From assembly GCA_032718475.1 (NCBI GenBank), contig JAUCBJ010001224.1, forward strand, positions 1 through 64,000: a DNA stretch of 64,000 nt. Direction: 5' to 3'. A program made the translations under genes and the position numbers. This document shows positions 1 to 14,003 of the stretch, piece after piece. Each line of letters starts with the position of its first letter. Positions within the stretch are counted from its first letter, which is position 1. The notes beneath the pieces were generated by a model. That model ran no database searches, was not told the origin of the DNA, and worked only from the letters and a program-made list of their open reading frames with translations. The DNA is from Nemertoderma westbladi. Taxonomy: Eukaryota > Animalia > Xenacoelomorpha.

Positions 1-1650
1 AAATGAAAGCGAGCCGACATTTAGTCAGAGCAACCAAATGGATGTCCAAGGAGACGGGCTGTCTGGACTTGACTGAGTCGAGTTAAATCGCTTCGCCAAA
101 ACGACCAAGTAGCCCATAGGAATACACTACATTTTTTTGGCGATTTTGGTCATTTTGGCCGCCAAAACGACCAAGTTAATGTTTATTGGGATTGGGACTG
201 TATGTAACCTGCTACTTTCCCTGGTTTGGTAAAGTGACCGTTTATTGTTTTGGTTAGAAAGGCTAGCCTCTGTAACCAGCTCCTTTCCTTCATTTGGTAA
301 AGTGACTGTTTATTGTTTTGGTTAGAAAATCCGGCCTTATCCTGCTCCTTTCCATAAATTGGTAATTGTTTTTGGCTAAAAAATGGGTGTTTTGCTACGT
401 CATGTGGTAATCGATTATCGACAACAACCACAAACTATTAAATTTAGAGTCTATTACCACAGGCGCATATAGAAATCTATCTTATAGTCTATATGTAAAT
501 CATGGAATTTTGAATGTTTTGGCACAGGCATAGTGAAACCAACTGTCCGACAGACCAGAAATCAAATTTTGAATGTTTTGGCATTGGCATGTTGAAATCA
601 ACTGTCTGACAGTCCAGAAATCAGGAGTCTGACAGTTTGAAGAAATACATACTGTACATAAAAAGGACAACAAAAGTCATTAAAGGGACAAGAAAAGTCA
701 TTATGCACAATTCGTAAAAAAAAGGAGGACAAAAAAGTCAAATAAAAGGACATAAAAAATCACTGCCTTATTATCACCAATCATAATGGACTCGCTAGCC
801 AATAATGTAAGGGCAGCGATCCTCATCTCATGACCAAAAGGTGCTAATATAAAGTAACATTATACAGTATTAGATGTTGCGCAAGCTTATGCATTCATTA
901 TACAGTAACTGTGCTTATCTATAATTATATATTGTACCTTGGTGTGTACAGTAATGTGCCATAGGCACACCCCTAGTATATCCATGTTATTATTATCCGG
1001 ATAGAAATACTTGTACCAATAACAATCACCAACCTTAATTAATAACCAATAGTAGCGGCCGATCAGTGCCAAGTAAACATTACTCACCTCATGTCAATCA
1101 TTTACGTGGAGGGACATTATATTACACCCAGAATATAGTGTCGTAATTCAGTGACACGCCCCCCCCCCCCCCCCCCCCCCTCATTTTTCTGCAAATGTTA
1201 ATGAGATTGCATGAAATTTGAAACCTAGATACAGTAGTTTCACATCCCGACCACTGACTGGGTAGCCATTTTTTTTTATTTCTCTTTCAATCTTTAGCTA
1301 CAAGCATTTAAAAAAAGTGGATCCGGCGATATTACACCAGTTACACCGCAGTTATTCTTCTACCTTATAGCAGTTTGATGGTACCAATGGAAAGTTGGTC
1401 ATGCAAGGATTCCAAATATGTAACACAATTGAATTTCGTTGAAAAATAGCTGAGATACATGGCCGGCGCCAATGGGGTGCAAGGGGTGCAACTGCACCCC
1501 CCAAAAAGCGAGAAAAGGTCCGCAATTTGACGAATATATTTTCACTGTGGACTAATACAAATTTTTTTGTGTAATTCTTAAACCAAAATAACACACAGTC
1601 ACTTGAATCTGAATCCAATCACATTTCTGCCCCATTTACTATTACAGAGT

Positions 1651-3348
<1,698 letters not shown>

Positions 3349-4616
3349 GAACGTGTTACTTACTGTCAACAGAACTACTACTCACTACACCTCTATTACA
3401 TTACCTGCATGTTAGTTATATATTTTCAATGTTTAGTTCATTTACTTTCAGTTTAGTGTTTGTTTAGTACGGGTAGCATCAAGCAACTAATAGACGATAG
3501 GTCGGCAATTCAATTCAACATTAGTAGGCCTACCGGTAGCAGAAATACCGGTTAAATTTATTAATTTAATATAATATATTATACAATTTAATTAATTTGA
3601 TAAATAAATTATTTCAGATAGTTAAATTAATTACGTTCTGTTTATTTATATAAGAGCCAGTGTTTTTAGCTCAATGTTTTTAAAAATATCGTAACATTAT
3701 GCCTCAAATGTTCTTCAGTAAAATAATGGATAATTCTTCTTATCTTTATCCTATTTATTATAATTATTATAGTCTATTATTGTTTTCAGATAGGGGGGGG
3801 GGGAAACTGGACGCAATAAAAATTCATCCCTCTCCAGGGGAAATTCGACACAAATAACTGTCGATTACTCTAAAAAATAAAACTGTATCCTGTTCTATTT
3901 TGTTTAGTTTATTGTTTTGGTTAAATTAACGTGCCACTGTAACCTGCTCCTTTCCCTAAATTGAGAATTTAACATTGAGGCGGGATATTAATTCGCCAAG
4001 ATACAGCGGAATGGATCTGCTTAGAAGTAGGAACCAGAAGGGATCGACAAAGAAATAGTATAATTAAATTAGCACTGATTAATAATGTTTTAAGTAGATG
4101 AATTTTGCACCAAGAGTAGATTAGATAAAGTTTGAATCAATTAATGAATTTAAATGTAAAGAGTAGAGAACAAGTAATACATAATATATTAAAGGAGCAA
4201 ACTAATCCACAACCACCCTAACTAAATTATCAAGAAAGTAAATAATATTAAGTTGATACACAGAGTTTATATAGATATAGAGATATAATTACATATAGTA
4301 AATTAAAATGGCACCAATTAATAATAATTTAAGTAGGCCTAGATTAATTTTGCACCAACAGAGAGTAGCTTAGAGTCGATTAAGTTTGCACCAATAATTA
4401 ATGAATTTTAAACAAGTATATACAGAATAATTGAAATAGGAGCAAACTAATCCTAAACATTAAACAATCTTAGTACTCAACAATTTAAATCATTTATTTA
4501 TTAAGTTAGCACAAATTAATAATAATTTGTTATTTTATTATTAATAATGACACCAAATAATAAAATTAATTCAGCAATGTCGTGCTGAATTGTTGATTAA
4601 TTGAACTGGCATTGGA

Positions 4617-5593
4617 TTGTTATATTGTGACACAGAAGCGCAGGTACTCTCACCAGATGGTGAAACTGAGTTTTTCTCAATCCTGGCTGGCGTACTGCAA
4701 GGTGACACATTAGCACCATTACTATTTGTAATTGTGCTGGACGATGCAATGAGGACGGCCACAAAGGGTGAAGATCTGGGTTTCACACTTCAAGAACGCA
4801 GAATTATAGATATCCGGCAACTACATTCACAGACACCGACTTTGCGGATGACATCGCCCTGCTCTCTAATACGCTAGCAGATGCACAGCTTCTACTAAAT
4901 AAAGTGGAGAGGGCTGCTAAGGAGGTTGGATTGCATATAAATTGCTACCTTTAATGACCTTTAATGTTGATGGAAACAAGACAACCATTGATAATAATCA
5001 ACTACGGAAGGTCGATGACTTCCAGTACTTTGGATCATGGATAGAGAGTAGCAAAAAGGACATAGAAGTTAGGAAAGCAAAGGCTTGGGTAGCTCTATCA
5101 AAAATGGATACCATCTGGAAATCAGATCTCTCCAGGCACTTGAAGACTGAGTTCTTTCGAGCCACAGTGGAAAGTGTATTTTTATGCGGGGGTGAGACCT
5201 GGACACTGACTAAATCCCTTGAACAACGAATTGATGGTTGCTACACAAGACTACTAAGGGCAGCCCTAAACATCAGCTGGAGACAACACATGACAAACGC
5301 CGAGCTTTATGGTACAATACCACCTGTATCAACCACCCTCCATGAACGTAGATTAAGATTCAGTGGGCACTGCTGGCGAAGTAAAGACGAGGTCATACCA
5401 GACCTGCTTCTCTGGCAACCAACTCATGGAAAGCGTAGTCGTGGACGACCAGCTATAACATATATAGATCAACTTGAAAGGGATACTGAACTTGGGAGAA
5501 ACGAAATTGCAACAACTATGGAGAATCGGGAAGCCTAGAAGGAGCTCAATTCCACTGTCCGAGTTCGCTCGACCTAGTAGTAGTAGTAGTAGT
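4617..5593 (+). mobile_element. 5'-truncated RTE-type non-LTR retrotransposon (RT C-terminal half, frameshifted) with (TAG)n tail
   Basis: GVLQGDTLAPLLF, FADD in a shifted frame at ~4841-4852, DDFQYFGSW, RRLRFSGHCWR and GKRSRGRP motifs; (tag)n at 5575-5593. Confidence 0.9.
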
Positions 5594-5960
5594 AAGTAGA
5601 CGTGCTTAGGTGGGTGGGTGGGTGCGGTTAGGTGTGCTTAGGTAGGTGTGTGGGTGCGGGTAAGTAGACGTGCTTAGGTGGGTGGGTGGTTGGGTGCGGT
5701 TAAGTAGACGTGCTTAAGTAGGTGGGTGGGTGCGGGTAAATAGACGTGCTTAGGTGGATGGGTGGGAGCGGGTAAGTAAACGTTCTTAGGTGGGTTGGTG
5801 GGTGCGGTTAAGTAGGTGTGCTTAGGTGGGTGGGTGGGTGCATTTAAGTCGACGTGCTTAGGTGGGTGGGAGGGTACGTGTAAGTATGTATGAAGGAATT
5901 GGTATGTATGGTTAAGTACAGTAGGTGTGTAATAATACGTGGGTGGGTGGGGGTAAGTTA
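5594..5960. repeat. G-rich ~36-40 bp minisatellite
   Basis: Recurrent unit taagtagacgtgcttaggtgggtgggtgggtgcgg. Confidence 0.85.
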
Positions 5961-5982
5961 AACAACTCTTAAGTATTGTAGT

Positions 5983-7161
5983 TGTAAAAGCTTTTGCGGC
6001 TATAACTAGTCATTTTTCCCGCAAAGTACTCTGCAGTTGTTTTTAGTGGACATAAAAAGCCATTTTTCTGTATGTGTACTTAGCGGAAATAACAAGCCAT
6101 TTTATGCCGCAATGCGTCAAAATACTCTTAATACAGTGTAGTTCAGATGACGAAATCTGTCAGCTGATTTGCTGACGTGGAACTTTCCCTTGTGCTCTGT
6201 GTTCTTTGTTCGGCTCAGCTAGGCTCAGCCAATCAGAGCAATTTTCATTTTTCTTGGAAAAGAGCTATGTAAACCGAGCAAGTCTGTGTATGTCAGCAGT
6301 AGTTGTTTTACCTTTTTCCTGAGCCCAGAACATCGGCTTTGGAATTATTCTTAGTTTCAGAATTTAGCCAAACATTCGACAGCTTTGATTATAGGAATGT
6401 ATAACTGTTATCTTACTTGCATACTTACTCAAGACTCATACCAAAGCAGTAGTTTTACTCACCGCATTATTTTACTGCTATTTACTGTCGGTTATTAATT
6501 GTTAGAAGTTGATGAATATGTTGTTATATTTGGAGAATATCGATAAATAATCATAAAACCCCAATCTTCTTAATATACTGAAGGTAAGAGGGACCAGTTA
6601 CCTGTAGCAACTGCGACTTACATTATAGTGGTTTTGAAGTGAATTAAATGCTATTTCATAATACCTACATGTGTCGGTTGCCATTCTCCTTATATATGAT
6701 CAAATTCAGTGACGGTCGGCAGATCAGTGTGCAGTATTGTGCGGTAGTGTGCATGAGTGTGACAGATAACAAAGCATCTCCTAAAGAATGCGCTTTATAC
6801 GAAAATCATTAGCCATCCCATTGTGTTTAGTGTAAGCCATAACTCTGTTTATATACTTAGAGCGCCACGTCCTAAAGGAACTGTTAATATTTCCCGAAAG
6901 TAAATAATATTTGTCAGAGATTATATCTTAACGATCAATCGAATAGTACAGTAAGCCTACACCGCAATAAGGTCAGAGCCTCCAAATTCAGTCTCCCTTA
7001 ACCGTGGGTGAATGGTCGCGCATAGGCTGGTTTCGGCTAGTGTAACTTTATATCGTATATGCAACAAATACTTGTTATAAGCTAAAGTCGATTTATAAAC
7101 TAAAACTAGAAGACACCTAAAATTAGCGGGTTAAACTGCTAAAGGTCTAAAAGCGCGAACA
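5983..7161 (+). repeat. 5' LTR
   Basis: TGTAAAAGC...GCGCGAACA; about 13 substitutions versus the 3' LTR counted by eye (~99% identity), no indels. Confidence 0.95.
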
Positions 7162-9675
7162 ATAACAGTTATTTTGTTTCTTTATTGCAACGTAGGCAAT
7201 AAAGTCGAAAGTACCGGTCGACCGGTAACCTGTAGGCCTAACAACATAACCACCCGAACCGGTACTTACAGCAGTACAGGTACATCAGTATTATTCGATT
7301 TTGATAATTGTATACCGGTAGGTCTTGATATTTAATCAGGGACTGCAGCCCTGGTTTTTTTTGGGATTTTACTTATTTCTGTCAGTTTTATTTATCTGTA
7401 AGTTAATATTGAGCAGAAGACGTGTAAGCCTGCTCAGATTGTACAGATAATTTGTAGGCTGGATTGTTGTCTGGCTGTTGTTAGGTCTGAAGAGATTGCA
7501 GTGTGTGTAGAGTGTATGTCCGATAAAGTACTAGTTAGGAACGTGGGGGCATCCAGTGCTGTAAGGTAAATCCCCCCCGAAAGAATAAGTCATACTACTC
7601 GGTTAGAACGCATACTAACTAACCATTTCGGAGTCTGCATATACTGTAGTTTATTTAGGCTTGATAGTAGTCTGCCAGCGTTTGGTCTGTATTTTGATTG
7701 TGTAGTCTGTAAGGGAGCGTAATATTTATTATTCAGAGTTTATGCAAGTATTCGCAACCTACATACCCCAAGTTCATTCCTACAGTAATTGTGCTTGTTA
7801 TACATACCGTTATAGTTAAATTAACCCCGGTACTACATCAGGGCTGCTAGGCGTAGGTAAAGAGTGGTGATTTTATGCGCTAGTCACTCCAGCAGATACC
7901 GTGGTTCTTTTAGCTGTACAAGTATTTTTAACTGCTGGTTATTTGTTATATAAGTACCTGTACCTAATTTAGGGTTTAGTGTACAGTGCTTTCCGAAAGT
8001 AATTTAGTTTGTAGACAGTATATTTGTGTTGTAAAGTGGTTAATAGGCACGTTAGCTCTGGTAGGCTGCGGTAATTAACTTCTAGGTAAGGACACTCTGG
8101 GTACATAACGTAGTACTTATAGTGCTGTATAGCAAAAAGGCTATAAGTCGTCAGACGGTGGTATTTTCTTATCTAGACATCACGGTGTATTTACTACTGC
8201 TTAATTGTTTTCAAATACCGTAGTATCCTGTCCGTTTGTAATAACCAGAAATTCTAACTCCCTGTTAGACTGGTTTGTAGATTCCCTGTAAAATTACCCT
8301 AAAATTTGTACGTAAGATGAAATATCCGTACTTTTTAAAGTACAATAAAGCTCCTACTATATTCAAGTATTATTGGTAGGCAGAGTATTAGGAATGCAAA
8401 GTTCAGGTCCTCGTGTCTTGGCTAAACCAAGCTCTGGGTAGACCTTGGAAACGACTTGCCTCTTCTCACTGACATTGCTTCGTGCGATATTGTTCTCATA
8501 CCGTATATTAAATAATACATATAGTAGCGTGATGTCCCTTTAACAGTAGCGTAAAACGCAAAATAAATCTGTTAAACCCTTTGACCATCTGTAATTCTAG
8601 TCGATTAAGATATCGCGGCACCCACCGATATACTTGAAAGACAAAATTCTAGAATCAGTGGTTAACGTCCCCAGACAAGTTCTGGAATAATTCGGTGCCT
8701 ATCTTTACATATTAATTATTTAATATTTATAAAAATCTGTCAAAATTCAGGTCTTTTAAAATTCTAGTCGATTAAGATATCGTAGCACTTACCGATACTC
8801 TTAAAAAGACAAATTTCCTACAATTAAGGATCCTAGTCCCCAGATATGCTCTGGAATAAAATTAGGTCTGTTTTAAGGATAAATAATAAAATTTACGGGA
8901 ATTTACGGGAACTTTTAATGAATTTGATAAATTGTTATTTTATACAATTTATAACATTCCCAAAATTCCATTAATTAATAGATCATGGGAGCGGAGATTC
9001 ACCCTATTAAGTGTATTAGTGTGCGAGAATCTCCAATATATAGTCAATAGCCGATAAAATTCATAAAATCATATATAAAGAGGGATATTGACAATTAAAG
9101 AATTACTATTGCATATCATCCCAGATCTGTATGCATGAGAATTACCCTAATTCTACTGCTAGCTTTCCATAATGTCACCATAGCAACAACCATGCTAGAA
9201 TTAGAAGCGAGTTAAAAGAACAATAGAAAGCTTGCCCCATTGAATAGCATAGGGAATAAATAGCACACTGCTAGTATCCAAGGATACATAATAACAACGT
9301 GGCATTCTGGAAGGCACTTGACTAACGGACAAATGGCCCGAATGTGTACAATTTGTGACAGTTGTATGGAATTTGTGCGTTTATAGGTGAATGTTACTAC
9401 TAAAGTGTGTTTACAGTAGCGAGTCGCAGTTGTGAAAGTAGCCCTACCTCTGCAGTAAGAACCTGAAGTAAATCCAAGCCCTTGGGACGGACAGTGGAGT
9501 GACTCGTGCTGGTTATCGTTGTCGTTGTGTAGCTACTACGTTGGCGAAAAACACAGCGACGACAGTACACCGGCGCTGAGGATCTTGCGCTGTCCGGGGG
9601 CCGTGAGGGGTAGGCAGCGACGCCCGCTAGCCTAATTATAACTAATTATAATATCGATAAACTCATATAGCAGCT

Positions 9676-12600
9676 ATGACTGAGTTAATAGAAGATGATC
9701 TTGGTATCAGGGAACGATATACCCTACCGTTACAAGCGTTTGTTGATAGCTTAATACGCGGCGACGCTAGTCCAACTATTACTGAGGACGATGGTCGTTA
9801 TATCGAACCGCCAATGTCCCAAGAGCAACTCACGCGTGAATTGGACTATAGAAAATTCACCGCTCGCTACAAGCATCGTAATGGTACGTATATGGACTTC
9901 TTAACTACTGGCCATCCTATTGACCTACACGATACGGACGATATAGACACCGAAAGGGAAATGGTTTTATTTAAATATCATACCCAGCGGAGTCGGAACG
10001 ATAAACCGAGAATAGAACACGAGAATTCTATTCAAAACCGACTCGAAAGAGAAAACATTGAAGAACTGGATAAACGTAGCAACTTCAACGATTATCTGGA
10101 ATTCTTGAGAGAAACCTATCTCAATATAGCCAGTCAACAAAATCTAGAAACTCGATATCCTCAAGGTATACATCATGACCCTATGATGGAACTCAAAAGG
10201 CTCTATTTCACTATGATGTATCTTACCGCCGATCGACCGCTACCTGTCGTCCCAGATAGCTTCGAACAGATGGAGGAATATTGTAAAACTGGAGAACGAT
10301 CACCCCCGTTTCCCCTGCAGGATGTGCGTCTTTGGTATTATTGTGATGAATGCCCTTGACCCAACCAGCAAACGGAAAGACATAAACATCCGAGGAGACG
10401 TTGCGCTAAACACAGTTTTACTCGTTATACCTATGGGAGTTTTGAACGAAACTTGTTCGACGTATCACCTACGATCGCACGACTCAAACGATCCTTAAAT
10501 AAACCCATGATCAGAGTTCCGGAATACTCGGTCAGACCTCCTCATTCCTTAGTGAGACCTCAAACGCTTGATCCTAATAGCATAACGGATCCCCCTGAAC
10601 TGTACTCACTATTTAAAGATCTTGTGTTACCCGAACAATTAATCGGTGGCACTCCGGTAGTGGGCTCGCTAGATATTCGCCCTTCTTACCTAACCGGATT
10701 GGGACGCGGGCATCTAATATCGCCGTTCAACCCTTACAATCGTCCCGGTTTAACCCCGATACAACCTGTCACCGAAGTTGAGGAGAGCGTTGTACGAAAC
10801 GCGTTAGATGCTATTCGGCAAAAGATCGGAAAAGGAACTTACGATTGTTTAGAAAAACACAAATTGCAGCAGCAAGTCCAAGCGGTGAAGGAATTAGCTT
10901 TACCCCAGTTTGATCGAGAAATCCAGAATCTCGAGGAAGACATCGAACTTGGACGAACCTATTCTCTACAAGAGTTCCTAGACGAGCGTTCACAATGACA
11001 AGCGGAGGAAAGTCAGCTCGAGGAGAAACACATAGAAATGGATGAGAGAGAAGAAGCAGCTTTAGCCCAACCAGAAGCTCAAATCCTTATGACTGATCTC
11101 TATTCCAAAACCATCATTCATCCTTCGATGGTTCCCCATTTCGGAGACAAACTCTTCGCCATGGCACAACCTCAACCGGTTGATATCAACCTAAGATCTC
11201 GAGATCTTATCGCTGACACTCCTATGTTGCAACGTCCGCCAATCGAAGCCGCTCGTGTCGACGGTATACTCGTTGAACCTCCGGACAATAGAGCGGATCT
11301 TGTCCGTTGTATGGTACACGAGGTCAACATACGCGCTAGACCTTTACCGAACTCGTTTTATGGGATCAAAGACCACCCTTATTATGTCAATCTAACTCAA
11401 TATTATATGGTAAAACCGGAAGATCCTACACATAGTCTAAGGTTTCTCCCACTAATAAATCCTCTCGATCTCGTCGAACTCAAACAACTGCAGAAACATC
11501 TGGATCAGTTAGTGAAAGCAGACTCATTCCGAAAACCCTATAATGTTTCCAGAATAGAGAAGGATGTGACACCTCCGTATAATTTCGATGGATTTATCAA
11601 AACTGGATTAGTCCACTGGAATCTCGACGTGTTATTCGAGGAGGAAAGAATACAACGATATGGAGATGTAGAAACATATACTACACAGTATTTGAAGTAT
11701 AGAGATCTACCTAACGCTAGCAAATGCGCTACCTTGTGGCATCCAGTGGGAATGACCCTAGAAAACGCCACTAAAGAGTGGAACGAAACTCTTAACGTTA
11801 TAGAGATGTATGGAGTTGTCACTTACGATAACGAAGGTAGCGTTCCGGTTGGAGAACTGGGAACTACGCGCATGATACATATACGGGGACTAGCTGGTTC
11901 TACCCACGTATTTACTCGAGCGTGTTCCGATGTGATTGATTATTCTTTTGAGACCCTCACCGAGATACAAAAGAAACTCCGACATTGACAATTCGAACTC
12001 GCGCAGCGTTACGTCACTGACACCGAGCGCAAACCGGCCATGGGTATCGATGGATCGATGTTACCCCAGCCCATGCTCAAAATGTTGTTTAACGAAAGAA
12101 TCCTTAAAATCGGCTCAGCTGTTTATGGAGATCTCCAAAACGACTGTAGGAACATGGATAATATCCCATATCCTTTTGTAGATACTCAGCTGATTGCTCC
12201 CTGGGCAGAAGGCCGAGGTTTCTTCCGCACTATGTATGCCAATACACCCAGCGGCATTACTAAAGTACAACGAACCTCCATCGGACATCTTGCCTTTCAA
12301 GAATACGGATGGAATTTCAAGGTCGGAAATCCTATCAACTATCAACAAGTATATGGAGACCATTATTCTCGATTATACTTTGACGGACCATTGACCGCAC
12401 CTGGTGTCGTGTATAGCTTCATGTGTGATCCACTTCGTCCCTCCTTAGCTATATACACCATCTTTGAAAACGCCGCACTTGCCGGTTGGCTAGCCGATGT
12501 GTGCAGTTGTACTATATGCGCCCATCCCTTAATACTTGGAACCAAACTCGCCAAGCTAGATGAACACAATAAATTCATCCGCTTCGAATGTTTCAGGCGC

Positions 12601-13977
12601 TTTCTGACTCTGTTCCGTAACGTTGATAGTCAGTTCAAGGACCGCGCTCTGATTAAGCTCAGCCTAAGAGACTCAGCTGCTGAGAAGTTAAACAGCGCTG
12701 GATTCGCCATTTTCCAGGATGTTTGTATACAGAACTTACATTCCTCTGTTATACAAAGACCTCAAATCCCCACGGGTTATTCTATCGTGGAAGTTCAGAC
12801 AGCGGGTTCGCTTGAAGAGACAGCCACACCTACCTCAGCTATGCAACTGGAAGACGAACCAATATGCTTAGAATCCGAGGAGATTCAGCCTACAGAGCCC
12901 CGGAGCAGCGACAACGACTATGTCTTGGAATGGTATCAAAGTCCACAGTGTCTCACCGCATACGACTATCGGCATGCCAACTATGTTTCTCGAAAACATT
13001 GCCGATTATGCGCATTGAGAGATCATTTCACCCCCATGGACTCCGACATACTTTGCTCTTATTTCCATGAACAACCGGCGATGGAGATCTATTGTGCGTA
13101 TTGCAGACTCAATAACTTGCACATATTCATAGTCTGCCCCCAATTTATGACTCAATGCCATCATTGTCAACTTAAAGGACATGGCAGTATTGATTGCCCT
13201 TTTAACCGCGATCTGGAAAGCGTAGATGAGATGATTACCCTACGCTACATCCAAGCATGGGAAGCAAATGCGGATTTACATTGTGAGTCACGCCATCGCT
13301 ATTACCCTGGACGCGCCTACGAAGGAGTTTATGCGTTCCACCCGTATCTATTCGCGTCTGTTGAACAAAAATCACGCACACCGAGTTACGAACTAATGAA
13401 GCGTGTTGGTGAGTGTATTTCAACCAAATTTGTTCGTAAATATCTCAGGAACATTAATCCTAATGATATTAATTCATATAATTTGATCAACTTCATCCGT
13501 CAAGATCCGGAATATGGCAATTTGTTTATCAACTCGCATCCAGAGTTACAGGAAGTGCATCGACGGCCCTATGAATATCGAGCCCGAGAATGCGAGTTGG
13601 AGAGAACCATTAAACCGAGGAAGTTTCTCACTACCCATGGTCCACCCACTGCTCTCGTTCAGACGACTCGTCAGGGACCAGTAAGAGCTGCTGTCCTGAA
13701 ACGCGCTCTAAAGGCCGTTCGACCTCGCTCCACTGAGGTTGAAATCGATCAACCAGGTACCTCGACCAGCGAATACACCGACCGTAATCCTAAACCTTCC
13801 GATGCAATTGTATTACACCCTTCACCCAGGAGTTATATCCCTCCTAGTAAAGTGGCTCGCCCCAAAGAGAAAAAGACTCTTGCTAGCCTCAAAAAACTGC
13901 GTAAACGCCGTCCGTCCGAGACTAATTCTTTAGAGTATTTTTATATTTTAGAAACTGTGATTTTTTATATTTTATAG
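9676..13977 (+). pseudogene. Single ~1430-codon frame with 3 in-frame TGA stops: unknown N-terminal region, DEDDy/WRN-RNase D-like 3'-5' exonuclease, three Cys/His zinc fingers, basic tail
   Basis: ORFs at 9676, 10453, 11038 and 12040 share one frame, separated only by TGA at 10357, 10996 and 11986. ExoI VVTYDNEG (D 11827, E 11833); ExoII LPQPMLKMLFNERILKIGSAVYGDL; ExoIII-like PLTAPGVVYSFMCD; CHHCQLKGHGSIDC is a CX2CX4HX4C knuckle. Confidence 0.8.
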
Positions 13978-13984
13978 AATTAAA

Positions 13985-14003
13985 TCCCATTTTCTGGGAG
14001 TGG
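13985..14003 (+). promoter_or_regulatory. Short hairpin plus polypurine tract before the 3' LTR
   Basis: tccca-ttttc-tggga hairpin overlapping GGGAGTGG, immediately before TGTAAAA. Confidence 0.6.

Noticed and set aside
9490-9512. Possible internal LTR end plus PBS (…GGACA-GTGGAGTGAC)
   Set aside because: No convincing tRNA 3'-end complement and no second copy of the upstream sequence.
9676-13977. Four separate genes, or selenocysteine/alternative genetic code
   Set aside because: All four ORFs share one frame and the exonuclease spans a stop. A TGA aligns with Arg between homologs, TGG is used for Trp, and no SECIS was recognised, so CpG decay is simpler.
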